From: Parvularia atlantis
Lineage: Eukaryota
Direction of reading: 5' to 3'
Length of the DNA: 64,000 nt
Assembly (NCBI GenBank): GCA_943704415.1
Contig: CALSCO010000649.1
Coordinates: forward strand, 1 to 64,000
Positions within the stretch are counted from its first letter, which is position 1. Every line of letters starts with the position of its first letter. Positions 1 through 12,450 of this stretch are shown in pieces. A program made the translations under genes and the position numbers. The notes beneath the pieces are model-generated. The model made no database searches, had not been told where the DNA came from, and was given only the letters and a program-made list of their open reading frames with translations.

Positions 1-2639
1 CCCCCTCCCCCCAAAGCCCACGCGCACCCGCCCCGACGCCCACCGCCCAAGCACCGTATCACCCGCGCACCTTGTTCTCAACCATGGGGTAAAAGACCCA
101 GGTGTACATGCTCTGCTGGTTAATGAGCACGGTTGTGTTGGACGAGCCGGCGGGTTTGGGCCGCGGCGTCTTGCCGTCGTCCGACGAGGTCTGCACAAGC
201 GTGCGCGCTCAGCCATAATGCACACACGCGTATGCGAGCGCACCCGCCGCGGCTCTATCGGCGAATCGTCGTCGTACGCATCGTAGATGTCCATGTCACC
301 GAGCCTGTGCGCGGCGACGGTCAGGGTGCGCAGCACCGGCACATTGGCAACGCACGCCGACGAGATCGAGTCCGTCGACGTCATGCGCCCGCTCAACGGC
401 GACGGCGCGGGCGTGCGGTTGCTGCCGCTCGACGTCGGCAGCTTGCTCTGCGCCACGGCGTCAGGAGCCTTGCACACCACCCGCGCAAACGGACACACCC
501 CAGAGGCGCGCCGCACAATTGCCTTGGCCGATGGCGCCGAAGCTGACGCGGTCGCTGTCGTGGCCACGGCAGCCGAGGCGGTGGAGAGCGACGTCGCGGT
601 CACGGGCGCCCGCGTAAACGACAGGCCGTTGCCCTCGGCCGCGACCGACGGCTGCGGCGTGGCGACAGGGATCTCGGGCGTGCTGCTGCTGCCGCCCTCG
701 GCCGGCTCCGTCGCCCTGCCCGCCGCGCCGTCCTCGAGCACGCTCAGGCCCAGGTACGTCGCGAGCAGCGTGCTGAACGACTGCGCCTGCGCCTTGCGGT
801 CGCGCTCGCGCACGGTCGCCTTGGCCACGTCCACCGCCCTAGGCGCACGCACAACCGTCAGTCCCTCGCGCACGCAGGCACAGCCGCACGTACCGCTCGT
901 AGATGGCCGTGCTGCAGACCGAGTTGAGCTGGTCAAAAAGGCTCGCGACCACCGGCAGCGGGTCGGGCTTCTCGATCGTCGACCGCAGGTAGTCCATGAT
1001 GAGGCGCTTCGAGTGGCGCCGCCGCAGCAGAAAGTCGAGCAGCTGCCCCTGTACCCCTCGCTTGAGCGCGATCATCACACGCTGCAAGCGCAACCGCCGC
1101 CACGCACCGGCTCGGCAAACTTGCCGTTGATAAAGTTGGGTAGCGACACCGTCACCGTCCACAGCAGGCCCTGGTCCCACGCGATGATGATGTCGGGCTG
1201 GAAGACAAACCAGCGCTCGCCCTCGGCGACTGGCCGGCGTCAGCAGCGGCCATTGAGCCAGCACGCCGTGTACGCACAGGGCACGACCTCGGCGCCGCTG
1301 CTGGGCGCGTCGCCGCGGATGAGCGGCACGGGCGGGATGGCCGCGGGCGACGTGACGGGCCGCGCCGGCGAGGGCCCGCGAATATCGTACACAGTCGTGA
1401 GCTGTGCACGAGCGTCAGCCGCGGGAGCGACCGCGCGCGGTGCAGCCGCACCTTGGTCAGCAGATTGTGAACGAGCATAAGGTTGTCGGCAAAGTTGACC
1501 GAGTAGCTACCCGGCGACGACAGCGGGATCGGCTGGTGCTTGATCACGTTGTCGCGCGTGATCTGGTACACGACGACTTCGGGCGGCGTGGTCAGGTGGT
1601 TGACGTGGACGCAGTACACGCGGCCGTAGCTGTGCGCGCGTCAGCACGCACTTACGCACACACACACACCACGCCCACAACGCACATCAGCGCCAGGCAG
1701 ATATCGCGCTGCGGCAGCTTGACGTTGCGCGCGCTGTCGGGCAGGACGATGTCGAGCTTGGGCAGCTTGTTGATCGCGCCGCCCTTGACCTGGAAAAAGT
1801 ACAGCGTGTTATGCAGCGAACCGGTCGACAGCGCGAGAATCTTGCTCTCGGGCTTGGCGCACGCGCAGAGTCGTTTAGCTGTCATGCAAGCGCAGCCAGC
1901 CCGCCCCAATGGCGCACCGAGTAGACCTGCCAGTTGATCGCGAGCGCGACCGACTTGACAAAGCGGCAGGCGTCGCGCTCGGGCGTGACCTGCGCACGCA
2001 CCGCGCTTGGCCAACGCACGGCAAATGCGCGCCGTCCGCACCTGGAACAGCTCCAGGCCGATGTTGGTGACGAGAAGGATCTCGGCGTCGGGGGTCCAGT
2101 GGAACGCGAGGATGTTTGTCGATGGCTTGGTGCTGCGGCAGGTCTGCGTGAAGGCGTAGTTGTCGGCCAGGCGGATGATCTCCTGCCGTACGTCACGCAC
2201 ACGTCACGCGCCACGTCGCACGTCCGCGCCCCACCCCTTTTGGCCGCACCAGCGTCCGTGCCGAGCGCTGCACGGCCAGCAACGCGCGGTCCTGCGACAG
2301 CTTGAGCGAGAGGATTGCGCCGCGGTTCTCGACGCTGAGTGCCCTCGTGATCAGCGGCCGAGAGGGACATCCCGCTCTGCACCGCACGCCGCACCGCAGG
2401 ACGATGTCGGCCGTGCCGTCGAGCGGCGTCACGCGCACGTCCGTGTCGCGCCGCACAACGAGGATGTGCCGGTTGGTGTCGTCGAAGAAGTGCGTCATGT
2501 CGACCTGGCACGCACGTGCACCACGCTCAGCAGCAGCAAGCGCGTCGCAGCAGCAGGCACGACGCGCCTTGTCCGGGTTGAAGGCGACGGCGTGCGCCGA
2601 CAGCACGACGCCCGGCGGCCCGTGCGCGACGAACGCCAT
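1..2639 (-). CDS. RMC1: Regulator of MON1-CCZ1 (RMC1/Mic1/C18orf8), multi-exon, 3' end runs off the window
   Basis: Spliced exons read [10 protein letters not shown]...[71 protein letters not shown] and LLDFLLRR. This matches the Mic1/RMC1 family pattern. ATG at 2639. Confidence 0.8.
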
Positions 2640-2891
2640 GGGTAGCTCCTCAATATTGCGTCCCCATCCACGCGCTCTCGATGGCGGCGAAGAGCCACCG
2701 CCATGTCTGATCGGGCCGCCAGTGAGGGCGCATGTGCGAAACATGAGCGCACAGTCAGCCGTAGAAAACGCGACTTTCGCGCTGCTTCGACAAGCCAAGC
2801 GCGACGCGCGGCGCCGTCCCCCAGTTCCGCTGCTGACGTCGCGCGCCCCGCGCGCCCCGCACGCCAGCCGCACGAGGAGCCAGCACAGAGC

Positions 2892-4861
2892 ATGGACGAC
2901 AAGAAGAAGACGGAGCAGCGGCACCAGGCCATCTTCGCCGAGCTGCTCAAGCAGCCCGAGAACCGCGTGTGCTGCGACTGCCCCGAGAAGGGCCCACGCT
3001 GGGCGTCGTGGGTGCGCGCGCGGACCCTGTCGTGCACGCAGGCGGCTCACGGGGGCGCACGTGCGCGCCGCCCAGAACATCGGCGCGTTCCTGTGCCTGC
3101 GCTGCGCCGGCGTGCACCGGCGCATGGGCACGCACATCTCCAAGGTCAAGTCGGTCACGCTCGACGCGTGGACGGAGGAGCAGATCGAGGTGCCGCCGTC
3201 ACAGTTCCTCGCACGTCTTCCTCACGTCACGTGCGCGCGACGCAGAGCATCCGCCACAAGGGCAACGCCGTCGTCAACGCGCAGTACAACCCGTACCCGG
3301 AGCGCCACCCGCCGCCGCCGGCCAACGACGACGCGTGCGCTGCGCCGTCTTCCCCGCGCGCGCGGTCCGATCGGCGCTGATTGGCACCATGCAGAGCGCA
3401 CGAGCAGTACATCCGCGACAAGTACGAGCGCAAGCGCTTCGCTGACGACATGGGCTCATCGCGCTCGTCAGGCATGCAGCAGCAGCAGCAGCAACGCCAC
3501 CACGAGCCGGGCCTTGTGCGTTCTCCTGTCTCCCGCGCGCGCGCTCGCGCTTGTCCCGCTCACAAGTGCGCGCAGTACGCCACGGAGCTGCGCAAGATGC
3601 GCGACATGGGCTTCACTGACATGGAGGACAACGTCGCGGCGCTGAAAAAGTCGGGCGGCGACATCAACGGCGCCGTCAACTTCCTCATCTCCCAGTCCAA
3701 GCCGGCCACGCCCGCCAACAGCGCCGGCAATCTCGACGAGCAGCGTATGGGCGTGCTCAAGTCGATGGGCTTCAAGGACGACGTGCGCGCCGTGCGCACA
3801 CTGCCATGCTGTCCCGTCTCACACGCTCACGCACGCAGCAAGCAAACCGCCGCGCGCTGCAGCAGGCCAGCGGTGACGTACAGGCCGCCGCCAAACTGCT
3901 CATGTCGTCCACGATGGGCCCCGCCCCGGGCGCGCGCCAGCCAGCGCCGCCCGCGGCCGCCCCGGCCAAGCAGGTCAACCTGCTTGGCGACGACGACCCC
4001 TTCGGCCCGCCCGTGTCGATGCCCGCGCCGGTTACGGCGAGCAGCAACAGCGGCTTTGGCGACTTTGCGTCGGGTTCGCGCTTCGCATCCGTAGCTCGCC
4101 TCGCCGCTCACACCCCCGCCCGCACAGCTCCCAAACAGCAGCAGCAACAGCAGGGCAGCTCGGGCCTGCCTAGCGACCTCTTCGGCGACTTAAGCGGCGG
4201 TGCCGCACAAGCCCAGGCCGCGCACGCCAAGACGTCCAAGACCGACATCCTCTCGCTCTACTCGTCCGGCGCGCCCGCGGGCGGCCCCGTGCAGCCGTCG
4301 CCGTTCGGTGGCATGCAGCAGCCCCAGCCCGGCTTTGGCGGCGCGTTCGGGCAGCCACAGCCGAACCCGTACGCGCAGCCGAACCCGTACGCGCAGCCGA
4401 ACCCGTACGCGCAGCCCAACCCGTACGCGCAGCCCAACCCGTACGCGCAGGTGCGTTGCTCGTCCGTGCGCGCGCACGCGCAACAATGCTCACGCGTGGC
4501 CGCGTGCAGCAGCCTGCGATGTACGGTGCCTCGGGTGGCGTGTACCCGCAGCCCGCGCCGTTCGGCGGCCCCTTTGCCCGGCCGGCCATGGCGCCCAACC
4601 CGTACGGCGCCGCGCCCCCGGCCGTGAACCTCTTCGGCGGCGCGCCCGCGCCCGGCTACAACCCGTACGGCGCCGCGCCCTCGCCCGCGGGCGCCTCGCC
4701 CTTCGGGGCCGCACCAATGGCGCCGACGCCCGCGGCCAACCCGTTCGCTGCGCGTGCGTCTGTCCACCTCGCCGTGCCGCGTTGCGCGCTGACACCGCCT
4801 CGCAGCCGCCAAGCCGGCCTCGGCAGCCGACCCGTTCTCCACCATCACGTGGGGTAAGTAA
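2892..4861 (+). CDS. ArfGAP (SMAP/Gts1-like) with two UBA domains and an NPY/NPF-rich tail
   Basis: [43 protein letters not shown] and [11 protein letters not shown] (ArfGAP); MGF...AL...GD...A motifs twice (UBA); LLGDDDPF and NPF motifs; TAA at 4859-4861. Confidence 0.9.
4358..4450 (+). repeat. Coding 18-bp tandem repeat (QPNPYA) x5
   Basis: CAGCCS AACCCGTACGCG repeated five times. Confidence 0.95.
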
Positions 4862-5044
4862 GGCCGCCGCTGCGTCGCCCGCTGGCTGCGTGCCGCATAG
4901 ATGGTTTTGTGCCTTTCGCCCCCATCTTGTCCCCCGCGTGTGTACGTGCGCGACCATCGTGCTTTCTTTCAGCTGCGGGAGGACTGCTCACACTGGACAG
5001 GAGGGGAGGGCGACGGCGGCAGACACGCGGCGATGGAGGGGCGT

Positions 5045-7616
5045 TCACGTACCGGACTCGTCCGTCAGGTCGCTGCGACCTGACAGTCAGCGACGACAGC
5101 AGCCCACACGCAACGCCGCAGCGCACCGCAGGTGGTGCATGTCCACAAGGCTGCTGCTCCCCGACGACGTCCCTGTCGACCCCTCGTGCTGCAGCTGCTC
5201 GCGCCGGCTCTGGTTCGGGTGCTGCGCACGACGGGCGGTCAGCGCGCGGCAAGCCAGCACACAGGCCACGGCGCACGTTGTCGGTGATGTCCGAGTTCCA
5301 GCGCATGTGCAGTGCGTCGGCCGGGCGCTTGGGCGTGCGCGGCGTCCCGCGCTTCTTGCCGGCGTAGTCGGGCGTGGTCGGGCTGCTGGCATGAGCGCGG
5401 CGTGCCTTGCCCGTGGCCAGCTCGAGCTCGTCCGCCTCGGCCGCGGCCACACCGCTCGTCAGCGCGGGCTGCGACGACGACGACAGCGGGTCTGACGGCG
5501 AGCGCGCTCGTATCCTCGCGGCCCCGCTCGACAGGCCCGTGCTCGACCCGTTGTTGGTCGGCGTGATCGCGTCCTCGCCCGCGCCATCGTCCGTCGTCGC
5601 CGGCACCGCGGGCGGGACGCGCGTCGTGTCGATCATCAGCTTGGGCCGCGCGTGCTGTGAGCCCGTCGTGTTGGAGCGCTTGAGATTGGTCGGCGAGCCC
5701 GACGTGACCGTGCACGAGCCGTCGTCCGATGTCGCGTCGCCCGCACCGGTCGGCGAGCCGATCACGTACGGCTCCGACGCGTTGTAGCGCAGCGAGCGCC
5801 GCTTCTTGATGCTCGCGTGCTCGCTCGCCGCCGTCGCAACCGCGCTGCCCGGCGTGGTCGCGGACGAGGACGCAGGTGCTGGCGGGTCAAACGAGAAGTT
5901 GAAGATGCCCAGCTGCGTCGACTTGGACCGCGCCGACTTCTTGATCTGCGCCATCGCGCTGCCGTTCGTCGGCGCTGCTGCTCCTGCCGAACTTGGTGCT
6001 GCTGCTGCTGCTGCTGCTGCGGGAGCTGCGGCGGCGTCCGCTGCCTCGTCGTTGGCCCCCGACGCCGCTGCCGACGACGACGTGACCGCGCGCCGGAACA
6101 TGTTGGCGATCGACTTGGTCAGGGTCTTGGCGCGCTTGATGCTCGAGTGGCTCGTCGCGATGATGCGCTGCAGGCCCGAGGCAAACAGCGCGGCTTGCGC
6201 CTCGTCGTCGTCCTCGGCCAGCGGCGCCGTCGCGCCCGACGCGCTGTTGGACGCAGCGGCCGCAGACGACTCGGCCAGAGCCGCGAGCACGGCGGGGTCG
6301 TTGCGCGCGGCCAGCCAGAGTGAGCAGCGGAAGACGTCGTCGGCCTTGGCGACGAGCAGCTTGAGCGCGTTGACGACGAGCGAGTGCAGCTGCAGGTCGG
6401 CGATGGCCTCGCCGCGGAGCATGGCCGGCGCGAAGACGAGCGCAATGTTGGTCGTGTCCATCTTGTTGCGCCGGCGCGAGACCCTGTGCAGAAAGCGGAA
6501 GAGCGCTTCGGCCACGTTACGGTGCGCCGGCGGCAGGCACAGGTAGTACAGCTGCCACGCGTCGACCTGCTCGGCCGTCTTGTCGAGCTTGGACAGGCTC
6601 GCGGCGAAGCGCGCGAAGGTCGAGAGCAGCAGCGGCTCCTGCGCGGTCGCGTCACGTCAGCGGAGGGCGAGCAGTCGCAGGCACGGCACGCACGGGCAGC
6701 GCGCGCAGCAGCATCTTGAGCGTCGTGCTGACGTCGTGCGGGGTCATCTGGCCACTGTCGAGCTGCATCGCCTCAAGGTCGAGCTTCGGGTTCTGCGGCG
6801 CATGCGCGCGGGTGAGCGCTTGCTGCTGCACGACGCAGCGACCACGCACGAGCTCATAGGCGGCCTGCAGCTCGGCGACGCGCTTGGACGAGCCGGCGAC
6901 GCGGAACAGGCCCTCGACCGAGATGCGGTCCTCCTTGCGCAGGTACAGCAGCATCGAGTGCAGCGGCTCGGGGATCTGCAGCTTGTACGGGCCTGTGACG
7001 GCGGGCGCCTCGGCGAGGAGGCTGCGTGACGTGCCGCGTTAGCTGCTGCGCACGAGCGAGGACGAGCGACGCGAGCACCGATCGAGCGGCACAGTGAAGA
7101 CGCGCCGCCCTTCAGCCGCGTGCATCAGCGACGGCACAGTCGCGCCCGTCTTGCTGCTGCTGTGGCCGCTGCCGGTGCTGCCGGTGCTGCTGCTGCTGCC
7201 GCCGCCGCCGCCGCCCGCAATGCCGAACGCAAGGCGCATCTTGTCGAGCACCTTGTGGCCGGCCGTCTCGCCTCTGCGGCGACCACGGCGAGCGTCAGCG
7301 CCAACACGCGACGCCGACGCGACAGCGATGCAACACGGACGAAACGCAGGCAGCGTGAAACGCGCGTGCGACGCGGGTGGAACGAAGGTGTGACGACGCA
7401 CCGCTCATCCGCGAAGACGTCGACGCCGAGCCGCGCGCGCAGCTGCGCCGTGGCCCAGGCGCGCGCACACAGCTGCTCGTCTGGCGGCAGCGTCGTAAAG
7501 TGAGGCGGCTTGGGCTCGGCCGCGCCCGTCGCCGTCGACGCCGTCGTGCGCTTGCTGCTGGCGACGCTGGTCGCGGCCGAGAGCGCTGGGCTGGCCATCG
7601 TCGGCGCGATCGGCAT
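5045..7616 (-). CDS. RhoGAP domain protein, multi-exon
   Basis: VEGLFRVAGSSKRVAEL (arginine finger), HDVSTTLKMLLRALP and NKMDTTNIALVFAPAML; long Ser/Ala-rich tail. ATG at 7616; the last exon is uncertain. Confidence 0.85.
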
Positions 7617-8121
7617 CGCCCGTCTCGCTCCCCCTCTGCCGACGAATGTGAGGCGCGCAGAGGCAGGTCGCCGACGTGGTCGCGGCGCCACAAGCGAGCG
7701 GGGCCGCGGAGACGGCGGCCAAAGGAGCGAAGGCGCGGCGTGCGCAGACCCAGAAATAGACGCACGTGCGCGCGCCGCTTCACCGTCGCGAAAGGGACGC
7801 GCTCTGGGACTGTCCCGTGCTGAGGGCGCCGCACGAGCGCGGGTGACGCCAGCGAGCACGGCACGCGACGTGCGCGCGAGAGACAGGCGACAGAGCGCGC
7901 GGCGCCGAAAAGGGACGCAGCACGCGCGACGAGACAGAGCTGAGACGCGGCACCCGCACGTGCGTCGTCCCACCAGCACCACGCAGCGCCGCGCCACGCC
8001 CACGTCCGCGGCCACCACGTGCGGCCACCCGCCACGCCCACGTCTTCCGCCGTCAGCCCTCGCAGCCGCACGCGCGCCGTCCACGCGCCGCTCCAGCGAC
8101 AACCCCAAAACGGACGCAACG

Positions 8122-8212
8122 GCGCTGATTGGCCATGCTTGATCAACGTCACAGCCAATCACTGCTCCGTCCGCGCTGATTCGGTGTGACGTAGAACGCA
8201 GTCGGCCAATCA
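8122..8212. promoter_or_regulatory. CCAAT-box/TGACGT cluster in the divergent promoter between RhoGAP and the PPR gene
   Basis: CTGATTGG (8125), ACGTCA (8146), CAGCCAATCA (8152), GTGACGTAGA (8186), GGCCAATCA (8204). Confidence 0.6.
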
Positions 8213-11200
8213 ATGCATCGCCACGTGGTCGCGCTGCTGCTGCGCCGCGCGCGGTCGACGGTCGCGGCCGTGCCGCCGCCCGAGGCGCGGCTCGCGGCGG
8301 TGCTGCAGACGTGGCGGGCGCCGCGGCACGCGCGCATCGGCCAGCTGGACGTGCCTGCGCACGTGCCCGCGCACTGGACCGCGCCGCCCGCCGCGATCAG
8401 CCCCGACATCGGCCTCCGCGCCGCGCTGCGCCAGACCCTGCCCGAGCCGTTCACGGCGGCGTGGGCGCAGGTCGCGGAGCTGATCGAGGGCGAGCGCTAC
8501 CGCCTCGTCATGCCCGCCGTCGAGCGGCTGCGCGCGCGCAACGACGCGCCCGGTGTGCCGCGCGTCTTCTTCCAGGCCGGGCTGCTCGCGGCGATGCGGC
8601 TGGGTGACGGTGCGCGCATCCCGCGGTGCATACGGCGCGCTTACGCGTCGATGGGCACAGAGAAGCTCATGCGGCGCATCTGGACTATGTACAGACACGC
8701 CCACGCCCGCGCTACCACGCTCGACTACGTCATGCGCTACGAGGCGCTCGACCGCCTGCGCCCGTTCGGCCGCGACAAGCTCGAGCTGCTGCAGGAGATG
8801 GTCCGCGACGGCGTGCCGCGGCACGAGCTCATCTACAACTCGATCTTCGCCCGCCCCGCGCATCTCCACCCGAACGACGAGACCGCCGACTTTCTCGCGT
8901 TCATTGACATCTTCTTCAAGGACGAGACCGTGCGGCCGACAGCGGCACAGCTCAGCCACATCGTCAACGTGCGCGCGCCGCTGCTCGCTTGTGGTGCGGT
9001 GCGCTCATACGACGCGTGTGTGCGCAGCGCCTCTTCGTCAAGGCCAAGGTCCCGGGCGTCGAACGCATCGTGCTGCTCGTCCTCAACTACCTGCCGCACC
9101 TGCGCGCGCACGCGGCGGCTGACGGCGCCGACCCGCTGCTCGCCACGCGCATCGACGTCCTCGAGATGGAGACGATCGGCCTCACCAGCGGTACGCCCGG
9201 ATGGTCCGCCGAGAGCTCGATGCAGCTCGCTCGCGGCCTCTTCTTCCAGATTCTCGACGACATCGCCGCGCAGCGCCAGCAGCTCGAGGGCTCGCCCGCG
9301 CCCACCCGCGACATGCAGCTTGACCTGCTCAAGCGCGTGCAGGACCACGCCATCTGCTCTTACGCCAGGTCGGCCGGCGGCACTGTCGCGCTCAGCGTCC
9401 TGCGCGACATTGTCCCGCTGCTCGGCGACCGGCCCGCCATGGACGTGCTCGCGGCGGCGATGCAGCTCGTGCGGCGCCAGCTCACCTACGCCGGCACGGC
9501 CTCGCTGTACCACGCTAACGTCTCGGCCAGCGCCGAGGAGCCGCTGCTGCTCTGGCAGGCCGTCGTCGACTGCGCGCTGCGCACAGAAGAGCCGCTCCCG
9601 CTCAAGCTCTACAACCACATGGCGCACAGCCTCCTCAGCGTCTTCCGCGCGCCGCAGCACCTGCGTGCGCGCGACCCGAACGCGCAGGCCGTCGAGCAGC
9701 AGCAGGCCTACCCGCTCGGCCAGCGCACCGCGTACGACGCCGTGCGGGCGCTGATGGAGCACATGCGCAGCCGCGGCGTCACGCCTGACTGGCGCACGTT
9801 TCTCGTCCTGCTCGACACGCTCGCGTTCTGGCAGCCACCGCCCGGCAGCCCGCCGCAAGCCGGGACCGACGAGGTGGTGCGCGTGATGCAGGAGATGGCG
9901 GCACAGCGCATCGTCATCAGCAACAGCATGCGCATCAAGATGCTCCTCGCGTCCATCTACCGCGTGCCCGACGACGACGGCGACCAGGGCAGCATCGGCA
10001 TTGGCGCGGCCAGTGGCGACGAGAACGAGGACGAGGACGAAGCCAGAGGCGAGGGCGTGACGTCGCTCGAGGCCGTCTCGCGCGAGCTCGAGCGCGCGGA
10101 GGACATCGCGTCGTACGCCCTGCGCGAGTTTGAGGACGTGCTCGGCCACGGCAACGCCGCTGCCACCGCTGCAGTCGACGAGGACGGCGGCACGGAGCAG
10201 CCAGCAGCCCCGCGGCCTGCACGCGCGATCGCCGTCGCGCCCGCCAAGCTCGCGCACCGCTTCGTGCTCGACCCGCGCATGGAGCGCCAGCTGCGCGCGT
10301 TCCTGGTCAACATGGGGCCCGACTACGCCTCGCCGCACGAGTGCAACGCGTTCATCCGCGCGCTCGGGCGGATCGGGCGTGTCGACGAGATGGCCGCAGT
10401 GTGGAAGGACGCCATGCAGCGGCTGCCGGACGCGGCCGACCTTAGCGTGGCGACGTACGTCTACCTCAAAGCGGCCGCCTTTGCCGTCAAGGTGCTGCAG
10501 CCGCCGCTCGAGCCGGGTGTCGTCCCGACGTGCGACACGGTGAGCCCGACCGACAGCAGCGCGCAGCTCGCGCACAAGACGCTCCTGCACTTTGCCCAGG
10601 TCACGCACGCCTACGCGCGCAGCAAGGGCGCCGACGCGCCGGCGCTGCTCGCGTCCGCGTACCTGCCCCTGCTCTCGCTCTGCGCCGACAGCGGCGACCG
10701 GCGGCTGGCCGACGCCGTGCTCTGGGCCAAGGAGAACCGCTTCCCCGTGCACCAGGCGCTGCTGCGCATGCTCGCGCCGGCGTCGCTTCAGGCCGACCAG
10801 CAGCCGATCTGTGTTGAGATCGCGATGGAGCCCGCGCAGCCGCTGCCCGAGTACCTCAGCGCGCGCATCCTGCATGAGTACATCCGCGCGTGCGACGTCG
10901 GCCGGATCGAGCGCCTGGGCAGCCAGCTTGAGCCGTCGGCCGTGATCGACGTCGCAACGCTGCGGCTGCTGCGCCAGCGCTGCGCCACACTGGGCCTGCA
11001 CGAGCAGCAGGAGCGCGTGCACAAGCTGATCCAGCGCGCGCGCAACGACGCCTTCGCCGCGGTCGGCCCCGGCGCGGTCCAGGTGCACACGTTGTGTGCG
11101 CACAAGGACTTTGAGGGCGCCGTGCGCACTTTCCAGCGTATGGCGTTTATGCCGTGCAACATCGCACTGACGGACCCGCTCATCGGCCGCGTTGGTGCGT

Positions 11201-11463
11201 TGCACGCCCGTGACGTGACGCGCCTCCGTCTGACCTCGCGCCGCGCAGGCCACCGCCTCGTGTCTGCGCTCGCCAAGGAGATACGCCGCCGCGACGCCGA
11301 CGCGCGCCCCGACGCGGCGCACAGCGCGCTCATCACGATGCTGAATATGAAGTTCCCCGAGCAGCGCGCGCAGCCGTGGCTCGGGCGCCTGACCAAGCTC
11401 GCGCAGCACATTGGCCCACTCAATGTGCCCAGCACGGCCAGCAGCAGCGACGCGACCGCGTGA
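8213..11463 (+). CDS. Pentatricopeptide-repeat-like helical protein, probably organelle-targeted
   Basis: PPR-like motifs LLQEMVRDGVP...LIYNSI, LMEHMRSRGVTPDWRTFLVLLDTL and HECNAFIRALGRIGRVDEM; Arg/Ala/Leu-rich N-terminus; introns near 8969-9028 and 11194-11248. Confidence 0.65.
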
Positions 11464-11513
11464 GCCTTTCCTCTTTCTTTTGTGTAAAAAAGCACGGCAC
11501 GGCACGGCACGGC

Positions 11514-12403
11514 TCACTTCTTGCGGCCGCCGCGCTCGCGCAGGAGCAGCTGCAGCTCGGGCGAGTGGTGCCCGATGTTGTAGTAGGCCAGCGTGTTCTG
11601 GTCCTTGAGCAGGCCAATGACCGGGTGGCGCAGGTTGACCTTGCCCGCGGGCACGCCCACGCGCTGCTGCAGCGCCTCCTTGAGCTGGCCCACCGTCGTC
11701 GACAGCGGCACCTCGACCTCCTCCGTTTGCCCGTTGAACTTCCACTGCTGCTGCGACTTGTCCTGCGTTGCGTGGTCAGCGGTGCGAGCAAGAGGAGGAC
11801 CGGCGCCACACCTGGTTGAGCGGCACAACGACGCGCACGGCCTCCGGCTGCGGGTGCTGCTGCAAAAAGTCCTGCAGTGCGCGACAAGGTAAGCGAAGCC
11901 GTCACACGCGACCCGCCGGCACGCACGTGCTCGGGCACGAGCGCGGCCTCGTCCGTGCGCGCGCGCTTGTTGGGGCCGTCCTCGTCCTCCTCGCCCATGC
12001 CACCCATCATGCCCGGCTGCATCGTCGGCGGCTGTACGCGCCGCCGTTAGCGATCGGCAGCGGGCCGGGCAAACCGCAGTGCCGCACCAGCATCGGCATG
12101 AGGCCCGGCATCATCGGCGGCATCGGCATGCCTGCGCGCACGCCCACGTCAGCACGCACACGCGCCGCCGCAGCGACGCGCCCATGAACGGCGCGCCCGG
12201 GTAGAACTGCGCCGCGCCCGGCGGCGCGGACATGCCCGGCATCGGCGGCATCGGCGGCATCCCGGGCATCGGCATGCCGGGCATCGGCGGCATCCCGGGC
12301 ATCGGCATCCCGGGCATCGGCGGCATCCCGGGCATCGGCAGCGGCGGCGGCGGCGCAAGCGACGGTACGGGCGGCAGCTGCGCGGGCGCCTGCTGCTGCG
12401 GCG

Positions 12404-12450
<47 letters not shown>

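Noticed and set aside
8833..11745. 970-aa minus-strand ORF and many similar long ORFs (e.g. 21327-23312, 34243-36267, 17633-18718)
   Set aside because: They are antisense shadows of recognisable genes; stop codons are rare at this GC content.
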